A stretch of 64,000 nucleotides of DNA from an uncultured Anaerolineaceae bacterium. Its GTDB lineage: Bacteria; Chloroflexota; Limnocylindria; Limnocylindrales; CSP1-4. The position numbers and the translations under genes are program-made. Under the pieces are notes generated by a model. It worked only from the letters and a program-made list of their open reading frames with translations. It was not told where the DNA came from and made no database searches. Where the stretch lies: the NCBI GenBank assembly GCA_964518505.1, contig CAZFGT010000001.1, positions 8 through 64,007 on the forward strand, read 5' to 3'. Below, piece by piece: positions 38,436 through 50,566 of this stretch. Position 1 is the first letter of the stretch. Each line of letters begins with the position of its first letter.

Positions 38436-41224
38436 CAGGCGGGGCGCCCGGCGAGACGGTCGGCGACCGCGGCCGTGATGCCCTCGAGGGCGCGTTGCAG
38501 CCCGGTCGGGTCGGAACCCCGGGCCTGGGCCATCTCCGGCCGCCCGCCGCCCTTGCCGCCGATGAGCGGCGCAGCATCGCGAACGAGATCGCCGGCGGCG
38601 ACCCCGCGGGCCACGAGATCCGCGCTGACGGTCACGAACAACTCCGGTGCGGGGCCGACCAGGCCCAGGGCGATGACGCCCTCGGGGAACGCCCCGCGCA
38701 CGTCGCGGGCGAGGGCCTTGAGTTCGTCCGCCGACGGCACGTCAACGGCCCGCGCGACCAGGCGCGCGCCACCGGGCAGCGTGACCGCCTCGCGGATCAG
38801 GTCGGCCGGCCGCGGCACGGCCCCGCCGCCCGCCTTGAGGCGCTTCTCCAGGTCCTTGACCTGGGCCTGCAGTTCGGCCACACGCGCCGGTACCGCGTCG
38901 GTCCCCTGCGCACCGACCGCCTCGGCGGTGCGCGACAGGGTCGTGCGCGCGGCATCCAGGTACGCGTCGGCGGCGTCGCCGGTGAGGGCCTCGATGCGCC
39001 GCGTGCCCGAACCGATCGATCGCTCGCCGGCGATGACGAAGCCGCCGACCTGGCCGGAGGCGCCGCAATGGGTCCCACCGCACAACTCCAGGCTGTAGCC
39101 CTCGACCGCCACCGTGCGCACGTCCTCGCCGTACTTCTCATCGAAGAAGGCGTCGGCGCCCCGGGCGGCGGCGCGCGGCATGGGCATCACCTCCACGATG
39201 ACGGGCCGGTCCTCGCGGATGATGCGCCGGACCTCGACCTCGATGGTGGTCAGCTCACGGGCCGTCAGGGCGCGGTCGAAGGGGAAGTCGAAGCGCAGGC
39301 CCTCCGGCGTGACCAGCGAGCCGGCCTGGCGGGCCGACTGGCCGACCGTGTTGCGCAGCGCCCGATGCAGCAGGTGCGTGCCCGTGTGGTTGCGCATCGT
39401 GCGCGCCCGCCGCTCGGCGTCCACGACCGCCTCCACCGTGCCGCCGACCTTGAGGCGGCCGTGGAGCATGCCGCGGTGGACGGTCAACCCGCCGATGGCC
39501 CCGCCGACCGGGCGCTGGGTGTCCTCCACCTGGAAGAGCAAGGACCCACCCCCGGGCTCGCGCAGCACGCCGCGATCGCCGACCTGGCCACCGCCCTCGG
39601 CGTAGAACGGCGTCGCGTCCAGCACGACCTCCGCCGGCCCGTGGCCCTGCAGCTCCTCGTACTCGATGTCATCGCGCACGATGGCCACCACGCGACCCTC
39701 CGCCGTGGTGGCCGCGTAGCCCACGAAGTCGGTCGGCCCGGCCCGATGCAGCAGCGCCTCGTAGCGCGAGGCCGACTGGGCCTGCGCCGAAAGGCCAGCC
39801 TTGGTGCCCTTGCGCGAGCGCGCCCGCTGCGCCCCCAGGGCCTCCTCGTAGCCGGCCAGATCGACGCCCACCCCGGCCTCGGCGGCCAGTTCCACGGTCA
39901 GGTCGATGGGGAACCCGTACGTGTCGTGGAGGCGGAAGGCGACCTCGCCGGGCAGCCGCGGCGCCGCCGCCGGCAGGTCCTCCGGCCGTCGTCCCACGGT
40001 CCGCTCCTGATCACCGGGCACGATCTCCTGGAGGCTCCGCTCCAGCAGGCGGGCCCCGGCATCCAGGGTTCGCGCGAACTGGGCCTCCTCGCGCCCCAGC
40101 ACCTCATGGATCTCGGCGGCACGTTCCACGACGATGGGATAGGCGTCGCCCATGGTGGCGATGACGACCGACGCGAGATCGCCCAGGAACGGCTCCGTGC
40201 GGCCCAGCAGCCGGCCGTGGCGCACCGCGCGTCGGACCAGCTTGCGCAGGACGTAGCCGCGGCCCTCGTTGGACGGATGCACCCCGTCGGCGACGAGGAA
40301 CGTCACCGCCCTGGCGTGGTCGGCGACGACCTGGTAACTGAAGCGCTGGGCCTCGAACCGGTCGGGGTCGTGGCCCAGCAGCTCGCGCATGCGCGCGTGC
40401 AGGGGCAGGAAGAGGTCGATGTCGAAGTTGCTGGGGACCTGCTGCATGACGCTGGCGAGGCGTTCCAGGCTCATGCCGGTGTCCACGCTGGGGAATGGCA
40501 ACGGGACCCGCCCGTCGGGCCGCTGATCGAACTCCATGAAGACGAGGTTCCAGATCTCCAGCCAGCGTGGGCAGTTCTCCGAGTGATCGGGGATGCACTG
40601 CGGTCCCTCGGAGAACTCGGGCCCGCGGTCGAAGTGGATCTCACTGCAGGGGCCGCATGGACCCGTCTCCGCCATGCGCCAGAAGTTGCTGTCGTCGCCG
40701 GCGTCGACGTCGCCCCACACGGCCATGCGGTCGGGGGTGAGGCCGATCTCATCCCGCCACACCGCGCGCGCTACCTCGTCGTCCTTGTAGGTCGTGGCGG
40801 CGAGCCGCTCGGGGGGGATGCCCAGGTCGTCGGTCAGGAACTCCCACGCGAGGTGGATGGCCTCGCGCTTGAAGTAGTCACCGAAGCTCCAGTTGCCCAG
40901 CATCTCGAAGAAGGTGTTGTGGCGGCTCGTCCGCCCCACCTCCTCGAAGTCGTTGTGCTTGCCCGCGACCCGCAGGACGCGCTGGTAGTCCACGGCCCGC
41001 TTGTAGGACCGCGTCTCGACCCCGGTGAACACGTTCTTGAACTGGACCATGCCCGAGTTGGTGAAGAGCAGCGTCGGGTCGCCGGCCGGCACGAGGCTGG
41101 CCGACGGCACGGCCGTGTGACCGCGGGCCTCGAAGAAGGCCACGAAACGGGTGCGGAGTTCGGCCGCCGGCAACGCGTGCAGGCGGGGATCGTGTCGCGC
41201 CTGGGATGGCGGGCGATGGGGCAT
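38435..41224 (-). CDS. alaS: Alanine--tRNA ligase
   Basis: LLFTNSGM, EMLGNWSFGDYFK, GPCGPCSE, DTGM, editing HTGTH and LCGGTH, GGGR motifs. Confidence 0.98.
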   Translation of the reverse strand: MPHRPPSQARHDPRLHALPAAELRTRFVAFFEARGHTAVPSASLVPAGDPTLLFTNSGMVQFKNVFTGVETRSYKRAVDYQRVLRVAGKHNDFEEVGRTSRHNTFFEMLGNWSFGDYFKREAIHLAWEFLTDDLGIPPERLAATTYKDDEVARAVWRDEIGLTPDRMAVWGDVDAGDDSNFWRMAETGPCGPCSEIHFDRGPEFSEGPQCIPDHSENCPRWLEIWNLVFMEFDQRPDGRVPLPFPSVDTGMSLERLASVMQQVPSNFDIDLFLPLHARMRELLGHDPDRFEAQRFSYQVVADHARAVTFLVADGVHPSNEGRGYVLRKLVRRAVRHGRLLGRTEPFLGDLASVVIATMGDAYPIVVERAAEIHEVLGREEAQFARTLDAGARLLERSLQEIVPGDQERTVGRRPEDLPAAAPRLPGEVAFRLHDTYGFPIDLTVELAAEAGVGVDLAGYEEALGAQRARSRKGTKAGLSAQAQSASRYEALLHRAGPTDFVGYAATTAEGRVVAIVRDDIEYEELQGHGPAEVVLDATPFYAEGGGQVGDRGVLREPGGGSLLFQVEDTQRPVGGAIGGLTVHRGMLHGRLKVGGTVEAVVDAERRARTMRNHTGTHLLHRALRNTVGQSARQAGSLVTPEGLRFDFPFDRALTARELTTIEVEVRRIIREDRPVIVEVMPMPRAAARGADAFFDEKYGEDVRTVAVEGYSLELCGGTHCGASGQVGGFVIAGERSIGSGTRRIEALTGDAADAYLDAARTTLSRTAEAVGAQGTDAVPARVAELQAQVKDLEKRLKAGGGAVPRPADLIREAVTLPGGARLVARAVDVPSADELKALARDVRGAFPEGVIALGLVGPAPELFVTVSADLVARGVAAGDLVRDAAPLIGGKGGGRPEMAQARGSDPTGLQRALEGITAAVADRLAGRPA

Positions 41225-41273
41225 GCGTGCCGAGTGTACCCAACCGCACCCCTGCGGCGGCCCCGCCCGGCCC

Positions 41274-41558
41274 TCAGCGCGTCGGCGGCCTCCGCTGGGG
41301 CGGCACGAGGAGGCCCACCAGGACGACGACGAGGATGCCCAGCCAGGCGAAGCCGGCCGCCCAGAGGACCCCGAAATCGCCGATGCGCAGCGGGTCGGGG
41401 AGATGCAACGCCAGGGCCTGCCCGGCGTACGCACCAAGGACGGCGGCCGGGAAGAGCAACACCAGGCGGGTGCGTTCGGCACCCAGGAGCAGGATGAAGA
41501 CCGCCGCGTTGGCGATGCCGACCAGAGCTGCCAGCAGGGGTGCCGGCCCGATCGCCAC
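41274..41558 (-). CDS. Small hypothetical membrane protein (94 aa)
   Basis: GTG start just after mnmA; about 3 hydrophobic segments. Confidence 0.6.
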   Translation of the reverse strand: MAIGPAPLLAALVGIANAAVFILLLGAERTRLVLLFPAAVLGAYAGQALALHLPDPLRIGDFGVLWAAGFAWLGILVVVLVGLLVPPQRRPPTR

Positions 41559-41563
41559 CCCGG

Positions 41564-42691
41564 TCAGGCGTCCGCCGGGGCGATGCGGCCGCCGCCCAGG
41601 ACCTCGCCGGCGGTGTAGAAGACGGCCGCCTGGCCCGGCGCGGGCGCCCAGACGGGCTGCTCCACCTCGACGTCCCACAGGGCGGGCGCGGCCGGGTCCG
41701 TGCTTGCCCGGCGGCTGATGCGGCCTGGCACGGGCGCGGCACGGTGACGGATCCGCACCTCGGCGGCGAAGCCCGAGGGATGTGGCGGCGCGCCGTCCAC
41801 GAACGACGCGTCGCGGACGGTGAACGTGCGGCGCTGCAGATCGGCCCGCCGGCCCAGCTGCACGAGGTTGGTGGTCGCGTCGATGCGGGTCACGTAGCGT
41901 GGCTCGCCGAGGGCCACGCCAAGGCCCTGGCGCTGGCCCACCGTATAGGCGGCGGCGCCCTGGTGCCGGCCGACGGTCCGGCCGTCGACGTCGATGAGCG
42001 GTCCCGGCTGCGGCGCCCACCCGGCCCGCTCGCGCAGGGCGGTGCGGTAATCGCCGTCCGGCACGAAGCAGATCTCCTGGCTCTCCGGCTTCGCGGCGGT
42101 GGCCAGGCCGTACTCGTGCGCCAGCGCCCGCACCTGCGGCTTGGTCAGCTCGCCAAGGGGGAACCGCGTGTGGGCCAGTTGCGCCTGGCCCAGGCCGTAC
42201 AGGAAGTAGGACTGGTCCTTGTCGCGGTCCCGGCCCGCGAGCAGGCGGTAGCGGGTCGCGCCGGTGACGGAGTCGACCGTGCTGGCCACACGCGCGTAGT
42301 GCCCGGTGGCCACGGCGGCGCAATCGAACAGGTGGCGCGCCTGGCCCAGGAGCGCCCCGAACTTGACCGTGCTGTTGCAGTCGACGCACGGGCTGGGGGT
42401 CTCGCCGGCCTGGTACGCACGCAGGAACGGCTCCAGGACGCCGCGTCCGAAGGCCTTCTCCAGGTTCAGGATGTGGAACGGGATGCCCAGTTGGCCGGCC
42501 ACCCGGCGGGCATCGTCCGCCGCGTCGGCCGAGCAGCAGCTACGCCGCGACTCGCTGTACGTGTCGGCCACGTCGTGCAGGCGCATCCAGACGCCCACCA
42601 CGTCCACGCCGTCGCGGCACAGGAGCGCGGCCGCGACCGACGAGTCGACGCCACCCGACATCGCCACGAGGACGCGCTCGCGGGGGCTCAG
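41564..42691 (-). CDS. mnmA: tRNA 2-thiouridylase MnmA
   Basis: AMSGGVDSS, PSPCVDCN, ATGHY, KDQSYFL, ESQEICF and PGQAAVFY motifs. Start is probably CTG overlapping the upstream stop. Confidence 0.95.
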   Translation of the reverse strand: MSPRERVLVAMSGGVDSSVAAALLCRDGVDVVGVWMRLHDVADTYSESRRSCCSADAADDARRVAGQLGIPFHILNLEKAFGRGVLEPFLRAYQAGETPSPCVDCNSTVKFGALLGQARHLFDCAAVATGHYARVASTVDSVTGATRYRLLAGRDRDKDQSYFLYGLGQAQLAHTRFPLGELTKPQVRALAHEYGLATAAKPESQEICFVPDGDYRTALRERAGWAPQPGPLIDVDGRTVGRHQGAAAYTVGQRQGLGVALGEPRYVTRIDATTNLVQLGRRADLQRRTFTVRDASFVDGAPPHPSGFAAEVRIRHRAAPVPGRISRRASTDPAAPALWDVEVEQPVWAPAPGQAAVFYTAGEVLGGGRIAPADA

Positions 42692-43872
42692 GCGCTCATC
42701 TCCACGCTCAGGACGCCACTCGTGAGCGCCGTCGCGGCCGCCCGGTGACGTTCGACGGCGATGCGGATGAGGTCCGTGGCGGCCAGGATCTCCGCCTCCG
42801 TCGTGCTCCGGCCGACGCTCAGGCGCAGGGCGCCGCGCGCCTCGTCCTCGGGGTAGCCCATGGCCGTCAGCACGTGGCTGGGTTCGGTCGAGCCCGTGGT
42901 GCACGCGGATCCGGTCGAGCAGGCCAGGCCGTCCAGGTCCAGGGCCATCTGGAGCGCGGCGCCGTCGGCGTCGCGCACGATGATCGAGAGGAGCCCGGGC
43001 AGGCGCTCCATGGGATGGCCCGTCAGCTCGATGCCCGGCATGGCCGTGAGGCCCTCGCGCAGGCGCTCGCGCAGGCGGCGCGCCCGACGGGCCGTCTCCA
43101 CGCGCTCGGCCGTGGCCAGGCGCAGGGCGACCGCGGCACCCACGGCGCCCGCCACGTTCTCCGTCCCGGCCCGCCGGTAGCGCTCCTGCGTGCCGCCGTG
43201 GACCTGGGCCAGCAGCGTCGTGCCGCGCCGGATGAAGAGCGCGCCGACGCCCTTGGGGCCGCCGAACTTGTGGGCCGACAGCGACACCAGGTCCACGTCC
43301 AGCGCCCCCAGGTCGATGGCCACGGCCCCCGCCGCCTGCACGGCATCGACGTGGATGAGGATGCGGCGGTGATGACGGATCCGTTCGACGACCGCGTCGA
43401 GCGGCTGCAGCGTACCCACCTCGTTGTTGGCGAGCGCGAGCGAGACGAGGGTGGTGCGGTCGGTGATCGCGCCGGCCAGCTCATCGGGGTCCACCCGTCC
43501 GTAGCGGTCCACGGGCAGCACCGTGACTTCGAAGCCGAACTTCTCCAGGTGGTGCACCGCGTTGAGCGTCGCCTGGTGCTCCACGGCCGTCGTGATGATG
43601 TGGTGGCCGTAGGGCTTGGCCGCCCACGCGGCGCCCTTGAGGGCGAGGTTGATGGACTCGGTGCCGCCGCTGGTGAAGACGATCTCGCGGTGATCGGCGC
43701 CGAGCGCCGCGGCCACCTGCTCGTGGGCCTCGTCCAGGCCGGCCCGCGCTCGCCGGCCCTCGCCGTGCGGCGACGACGGGTTGCCGAAATGCTCGGTCAG
43801 GTAGGGCAGCATCGCCTCGAGCGCCTCCGCCCGCAGCGGTGTCGTCGCGGCGTGGTCGAGGTAGATGGCCAT
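42688..43872 (-). CDS. iscS: Cysteine desulfurase (IscS/NifS family)
   Basis: YLDHAATT, SGGTES, HVDAVQ, SAHKFGGPKG and STGSAC motifs. Confidence 0.93.
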   Translation of the reverse strand: MAIYLDHAATTPLRAEALEAMLPYLTEHFGNPSSPHGEGRRARAGLDEAHEQVAAALGADHREIVFTSGGTESINLALKGAAWAAKPYGHHIITTAVEHQATLNAVHHLEKFGFEVTVLPVDRYGRVDPDELAGAITDRTTLVSLALANNEVGTLQPLDAVVERIRHHRRILIHVDAVQAAGAVAIDLGALDVDLVSLSAHKFGGPKGVGALFIRRGTTLLAQVHGGTQERYRRAGTENVAGAVGAAVALRLATAERVETARRARRLRERLREGLTAMPGIELTGHPMERLPGLLSIIVRDADGAALQMALDLDGLACSTGSACTTGSTEPSHVLTAMGYPEDEARGALRLSVGRSTTEAEILAATDLIRIAVERHRAAATALTSGVLSVEMSA

Positions 43873-43901
43873 GCGCCCGGATTGTACGTCCGGGCCTTCG
43901 C

Positions 43902-45827
43902 TCAGGCGGTCTCGGCCTCGGCTTCCGCGCGCTGGCGGTCATACTCGCGCCCGGCCGCGCGCCGCCGCTCGTGCACCGACAGGCTCCGCTTGCGCAGGCG
44001 CAGGGAGAGCGGCGTGACCTCCACCAGCTCATCGGCGGCGATGAACTCGATGGCCGATTCCAGGGTCATCGGCCGCGGCGGCGTCAGCCGCAGGGCCTCG
44101 TCATGGGCGTGGGTGCGGATGTTGGTGAGCTTCTTCTCCTTGGTCACGTTGACGTCCATGTCCCCGGGGCGGCTGTTCTCGCCGACCACCATGCCCTCAT
44201 AGACCTCCACGCCGGCATCGATGAACAGCTCGGAGCGCTCCTGGAGGTTGAACAGGCCGTAGGCGTTGGAGGTGCCCAGGCGGTCGGCCACCAGGACGCC
44301 CGAGGTGCGATGGGCCACCTCGCCGGCCCACGGCCCGTACCCCTCCCCGATCTGGTGCAGCAGGGCTGTGCCGCGCGTCTCGGTCAGCAGCTGGCCGCGA
44401 TAACCCACCAGGCCGCGGACGGGGATCACGTACTCCAGTCGCACGCGGCCGTCGGCGTCGCTGCTCAGCTGCTCGAGACGGCCCTTGCGGGCCGCCAGCG
44501 CCTGCTGGACCAGGCCGATGAACTCGGGCGGCATGTCGATGGTGATGCGCTCGTACGGCTCGTGGACCGCCCCTGCGACCTCGTGGAGGATCACCTCCGG
44601 GCGCGAGACCTGCAGCTCGTAGCCCTCGCGCCGCATCTGCTCGATGAGCACGGCGAGCTGGAGCTCGCCGCGGCCGCGCACTTCGAACGTGTCGGCCGAC
44701 TCCGTCGGGCGGACCTCGATGGCGACGTTGCCCAGCACCTCGCGGTCGAGTCGCGCCTTGAGCTGGCGGCTCGTCACGAACTTGCCCTCGCGGCCGGCCA
44801 GCGGCGAGGTGTTGACCCCGAACGTCATGGCCAGGGTGGGCTCGTCGAGCTCCAGGCGCGGCAGGGGCCGGGGATCGGCCGGGTCGGTCAGCGTGTCGCC
44901 GATGGTGACCTCCGGCAGCCCCGCCACGGCCACGATGTCGCCCGGGCTGGCCGACTCGATGTCGACGCGTTCGATGCCCCGCGCGGTGGTCAGGCTCGTG
45001 ACGGTGCCGGTGAGAACGACCGAGCGGCCCGGCTCCACGCTGCCGTCGGCCGACTCCGGCGCCTCGCGCACGACGGTCACACGCCCGCCCATGCGGATCG
45101 TGCCGTTCCACACGCGGCCCACGGCCATCCGGCCGACGTACTCGTTAGCCGACAGATTGGTCACCAGCAGCTGCAGGGGGTGGCCGGGCTCGTACACCGG
45201 CGCCGGCGTATGGGCCACGAGCTGGTCCAGCAGCGGCCGCAGGTCGCGCCCCGGTTGCGCCAGGTCCATCGTCGCGGTGCCCGCCTTGGCGTTGGTGTAG
45301 ACGACCGGGAAGTCGATCTGCTGGGCGTCCGCGCCCAGATCCATGAAGAGCTCGTAGATGGCGTCGAGGACCTCCGCCGCGCGGGCGTCACCGCGGTCGA
45401 TCTTGTTGACGGCGACCACGACCGGCAGGCGGCGGGCCATCGCCTTCTGCAGCACGTAGCGCGTCTGCGGCAGGGGGCCCTCCGCGGCATCGACGAGCAG
45501 GAGCACGGAGTCGACCAGGTTCAGCGAGCGCTCGACCTCGCCGCCGAAGTCGGCATGGCCCGGCGTGTCGACGATGTTGAGGTGCACCCCGTCGTACTCG
45601 AAGGCCGTCTGCTTGGCCAGGATCGTGATGCCCTTCTCGCGCTCCAGGTCGCCCGAGTCCAGCACCCGGTCCACCACCGCCTGGTTGGCCCGGAAGGCGC
45701 CGGTCTGGCGCAGCATCGCGTCCACGAGCGTCGTCTTGCCGTGGTCGACGTGGGCCACGATGGCGATGTCACGCACGTCGGCGCGAGTGGCGAGGGCAGC
45801 AGCGGACGGGGACGCGGGGGTGCTCAT
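43902..45827 (-). CDS. typA: Translational GTPase TypA/BipA
   Basis: [31 protein letters not shown] and KEKKLTN motifs. Confidence 0.96.
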   Translation of the reverse strand: MSTPASPSAAALATRADVRDIAIVAHVDHGKTTLVDAMLRQTGAFRANQAVVDRVLDSGDLEREKGITILAKQTAFEYDGVHLNIVDTPGHADFGGEVERSLNLVDSVLLLVDAAEGPLPQTRYVLQKAMARRLPVVVAVNKIDRGDARAAEVLDAIYELFMDLGADAQQIDFPVVYTNAKAGTATMDLAQPGRDLRPLLDQLVAHTPAPVYEPGHPLQLLVTNLSANEYVGRMAVGRVWNGTIRMGGRVTVVREAPESADGSVEPGRSVVLTGTVTSLTTARGIERVDIESASPGDIVAVAGLPEVTIGDTLTDPADPRPLPRLELDEPTLAMTFGVNTSPLAGREGKFVTSRQLKARLDREVLGNVAIEVRPTESADTFEVRGRGELQLAVLIEQMRREGYELQVSRPEVILHEVAGAVHEPYERITIDMPPEFIGLVQQALAARKGRLEQLSSDADGRVRLEYVIPVRGLVGYRGQLLTETRGTALLHQIGEGYGPWAGEVAHRTSGVLVADRLGTSNAYGLFNLQERSELFIDAGVEVYEGMVVGENSRPGDMDVNVTKEKKLTNIRTHAHDEALRLTPPRPMTLESAIEFIAADELVEVTPLSLRLRKRSLSVHERRRAAGREYDRQRAEAEAETA

Positions 45828-45893
45828 GGGGAGTGCTGATTGTCGCACAGGCGTGGCCGGCCGGCCCGCGGGTCCACTGGTAGCATCGCGGCC

Positions 45894-48739
<2,846 letters not shown>

Positions 48740-48778
48740 TCAGCGGACCCTCAGGGAAGCGTGCTACCGTCCGCTGCC

Positions 48779-50323
48779 GTGACAGCATCGTGGTCGCGGC
48801 GACGCTTCCTGCAAGCCTCCGTGGGCGCTGTCGCCGGGGCCTTCGCCGTCGGCGTCGCGGCCGATGAGATCTTCCTTGGCCGCGTCGGAGCGCGTGGCGC
48901 CAGCGCCACTGCCTCGCCCACACCCACCGGCCCGGCGAAGTCCATCCCGCCGGTGGCCCGCGCGCTGTATCGCTCGCGTGGCGACCTCGCGCCGCAGGTC
49001 ATGACCGTCTCCACGCCGGCCATCGGCACGGCGCCCGGTTTCCTGTTCACCACGCCGTCGTACAACTTCAAGAGCGACGGCCCGGCCATCTACGACGACC
49101 GCGGCTCGCCGGTGTGGGTGCATCCGCTGACCGGAACCACGACCGCGGAAGGGTTCCGCGTGGCGTCCTTTGGTGGCACGCCCGTGCTCACGTGGTGGGA
49201 GGGGACCGTCTCCGCCCAGGGCCTTGGCGCGGGCCAGTACGTCATCGCCGACGACACGTATCGCGAGATCGGCCGTTTCGGGGCCGCCGATGGCGTGGCC
49301 GGCGACCTGCATGAGTTCCTCATCACGCCGCAGGGCACGGCCCTGATCATCGCCGGCCGCGAGGTCCAGCTGGCGTCCCCGGTCACGGTGGCAGCTTCGG
49401 GCAGCGTCGCCCCCACGATCGTGACGACCGCCTGGGAGGGCATCGTCCAGGAGATCGACATCGCGACCCAGAAGGTCCTCTTCGAGTGGCACAGCATGGA
49501 CCACGTCGATCCGGCCGAGTCGTACCTCCCGTTGCCCAGCACCCCCGGCCAGGCCTACGACTACCTGCACATGAACTCGATCGATGTCGATACGGACGGC
49601 AACCTGCTGCTGTCGGCTCGCCATACGTTCTGCGTCTACAAGATCGACCGCACCAGTGGCGCCGTCATGTGGCGCCTGGGCGGCAAGAAGGGCGACTTCA
49701 CGATGGGCCCGGGCACGGCCTTCGCCTGGCAGCACGACGCGCGCCGGCAGGCCGATGGCACGATCACCGTGTTCGACGACGACCAGGCCCCCAACGGGTC
49801 ACGTGGCCTCGTGCTTGAGGTGGATGAGACGGCCAAGGCGGCGAGCCTCATCCGCGCCTACGCCCACCCGCCGTCGATCCAGTCGACCAGCCAGGGCAAC
49901 ATGGAGGTCCTGCCGAACGGCGACGTGTTGATCGGCTGGGGTAGCCAGCCCAACGTCACGGAGTTCGATCAGCCGGGCAAGGTCGTCTTCGATGCGGCCC
50001 TGCCGCCGGGCGGCTCGTCGTACCGCGCCTTCCGTTTCCCCTGGGTGGCCCGCCCGACCGAGCCGCCGGCCATCGCCCTGGACCTCAGCGAGCCCGGCAC
50101 CCTGACGGCCTTCGTCAGCTGGAACGGCGCGACCGAGGTAGCCAGCTGGGAGCTGCTGGGTGGCGGCACGCCGGCCACCCTCACGCCGCTCGCCTCGGCG
50201 CCACGTGACGGCTTCGAGACGGCCTTCGCGATCCCCAAGCGACCGGCCTTCGTGGCGGCCCGCGCCCATAGCTTCACGGGCCTCGTCCTGGGCACCTCAC
50301 CGGTCATCACGACGACCCTGTAA
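48779..50323 (+). CDS. Tat-exported arylsulfotransferase (ASST) family protein
   Basis: SRRRFL twin-arginine signal; LTWWEG, DLHEF, HMNSI, SARHT, WQHDAR and SYRAFR motifs. Confidence 0.85.
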   Translation: MTASWSRRRFLQASVGAVAGAFAVGVAADEIFLGRVGARGASATASPTPTGPAKSIPPVARALYRSRGDLAPQVMTVSTPAIGTAPGFLFTTPSYNFKSDGPAIYDDRGSPVWVHPLTGTTTAEGFRVASFGGTPVLTWWEGTVSAQGLGAGQYVIADDTYREIGRFGAADGVAGDLHEFLITPQGTALIIAGREVQLASPVTVAASGSVAPTIVTTAWEGIVQEIDIATQKVLFEWHSMDHVDPAESYLPLPSTPGQAYDYLHMNSIDVDTDGNLLLSARHTFCVYKIDRTSGAVMWRLGGKKGDFTMGPGTAFAWQHDARRQADGTITVFDDDQAPNGSRGLVLEVDETAKAASLIRAYAHPPSIQSTSQGNMEVLPNGDVLIGWGSQPNVTEFDQPGKVVFDAALPPGGSSYRAFRFPWVARPTEPPAIALDLSEPGTLTAFVSWNGATEVASWELLGGGTPATLTPLASAPRDGFETAFAIPKRPAFVAARAHSFTGLVLGTSPVITTTL

Positions 50324-50388
50324 CCCCTCCCGGGCAGGCGCGGCCGGCGCGGCGCGGCACAGCGCGCGGGCCCGAGATGTGCGCGTCT

Positions 50389-50515
50389 TTGCACCCCATG
50401 ACGCATCCGACGGCTGAACGCACCCTCACCTGCCCTTCCGTTCGCGCCGCGCAACGCACATCACCCGAGCCCGCCAGTTGGAGCCTTCCCACGTCCGATA
50501 CGTCACGCCATGCAA
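50389..50515. repeat. Inverted-repeat element family B, copy 1 (REPIN/MITE-like)
   Basis: TTGCA-N6-GACGCATCCGAC (50389-50411), 81 nt spacer, GTCCGATACGTC-N4-CATGCAA (50493-50515). Second copy at 60020-60147. Confidence 0.75.
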
Positions 50516-50566
50516 CAAGCGTGCGGCACCGCTGCCCGCGGCCTGAGGCCAGGGCCAGCGGCGGGG

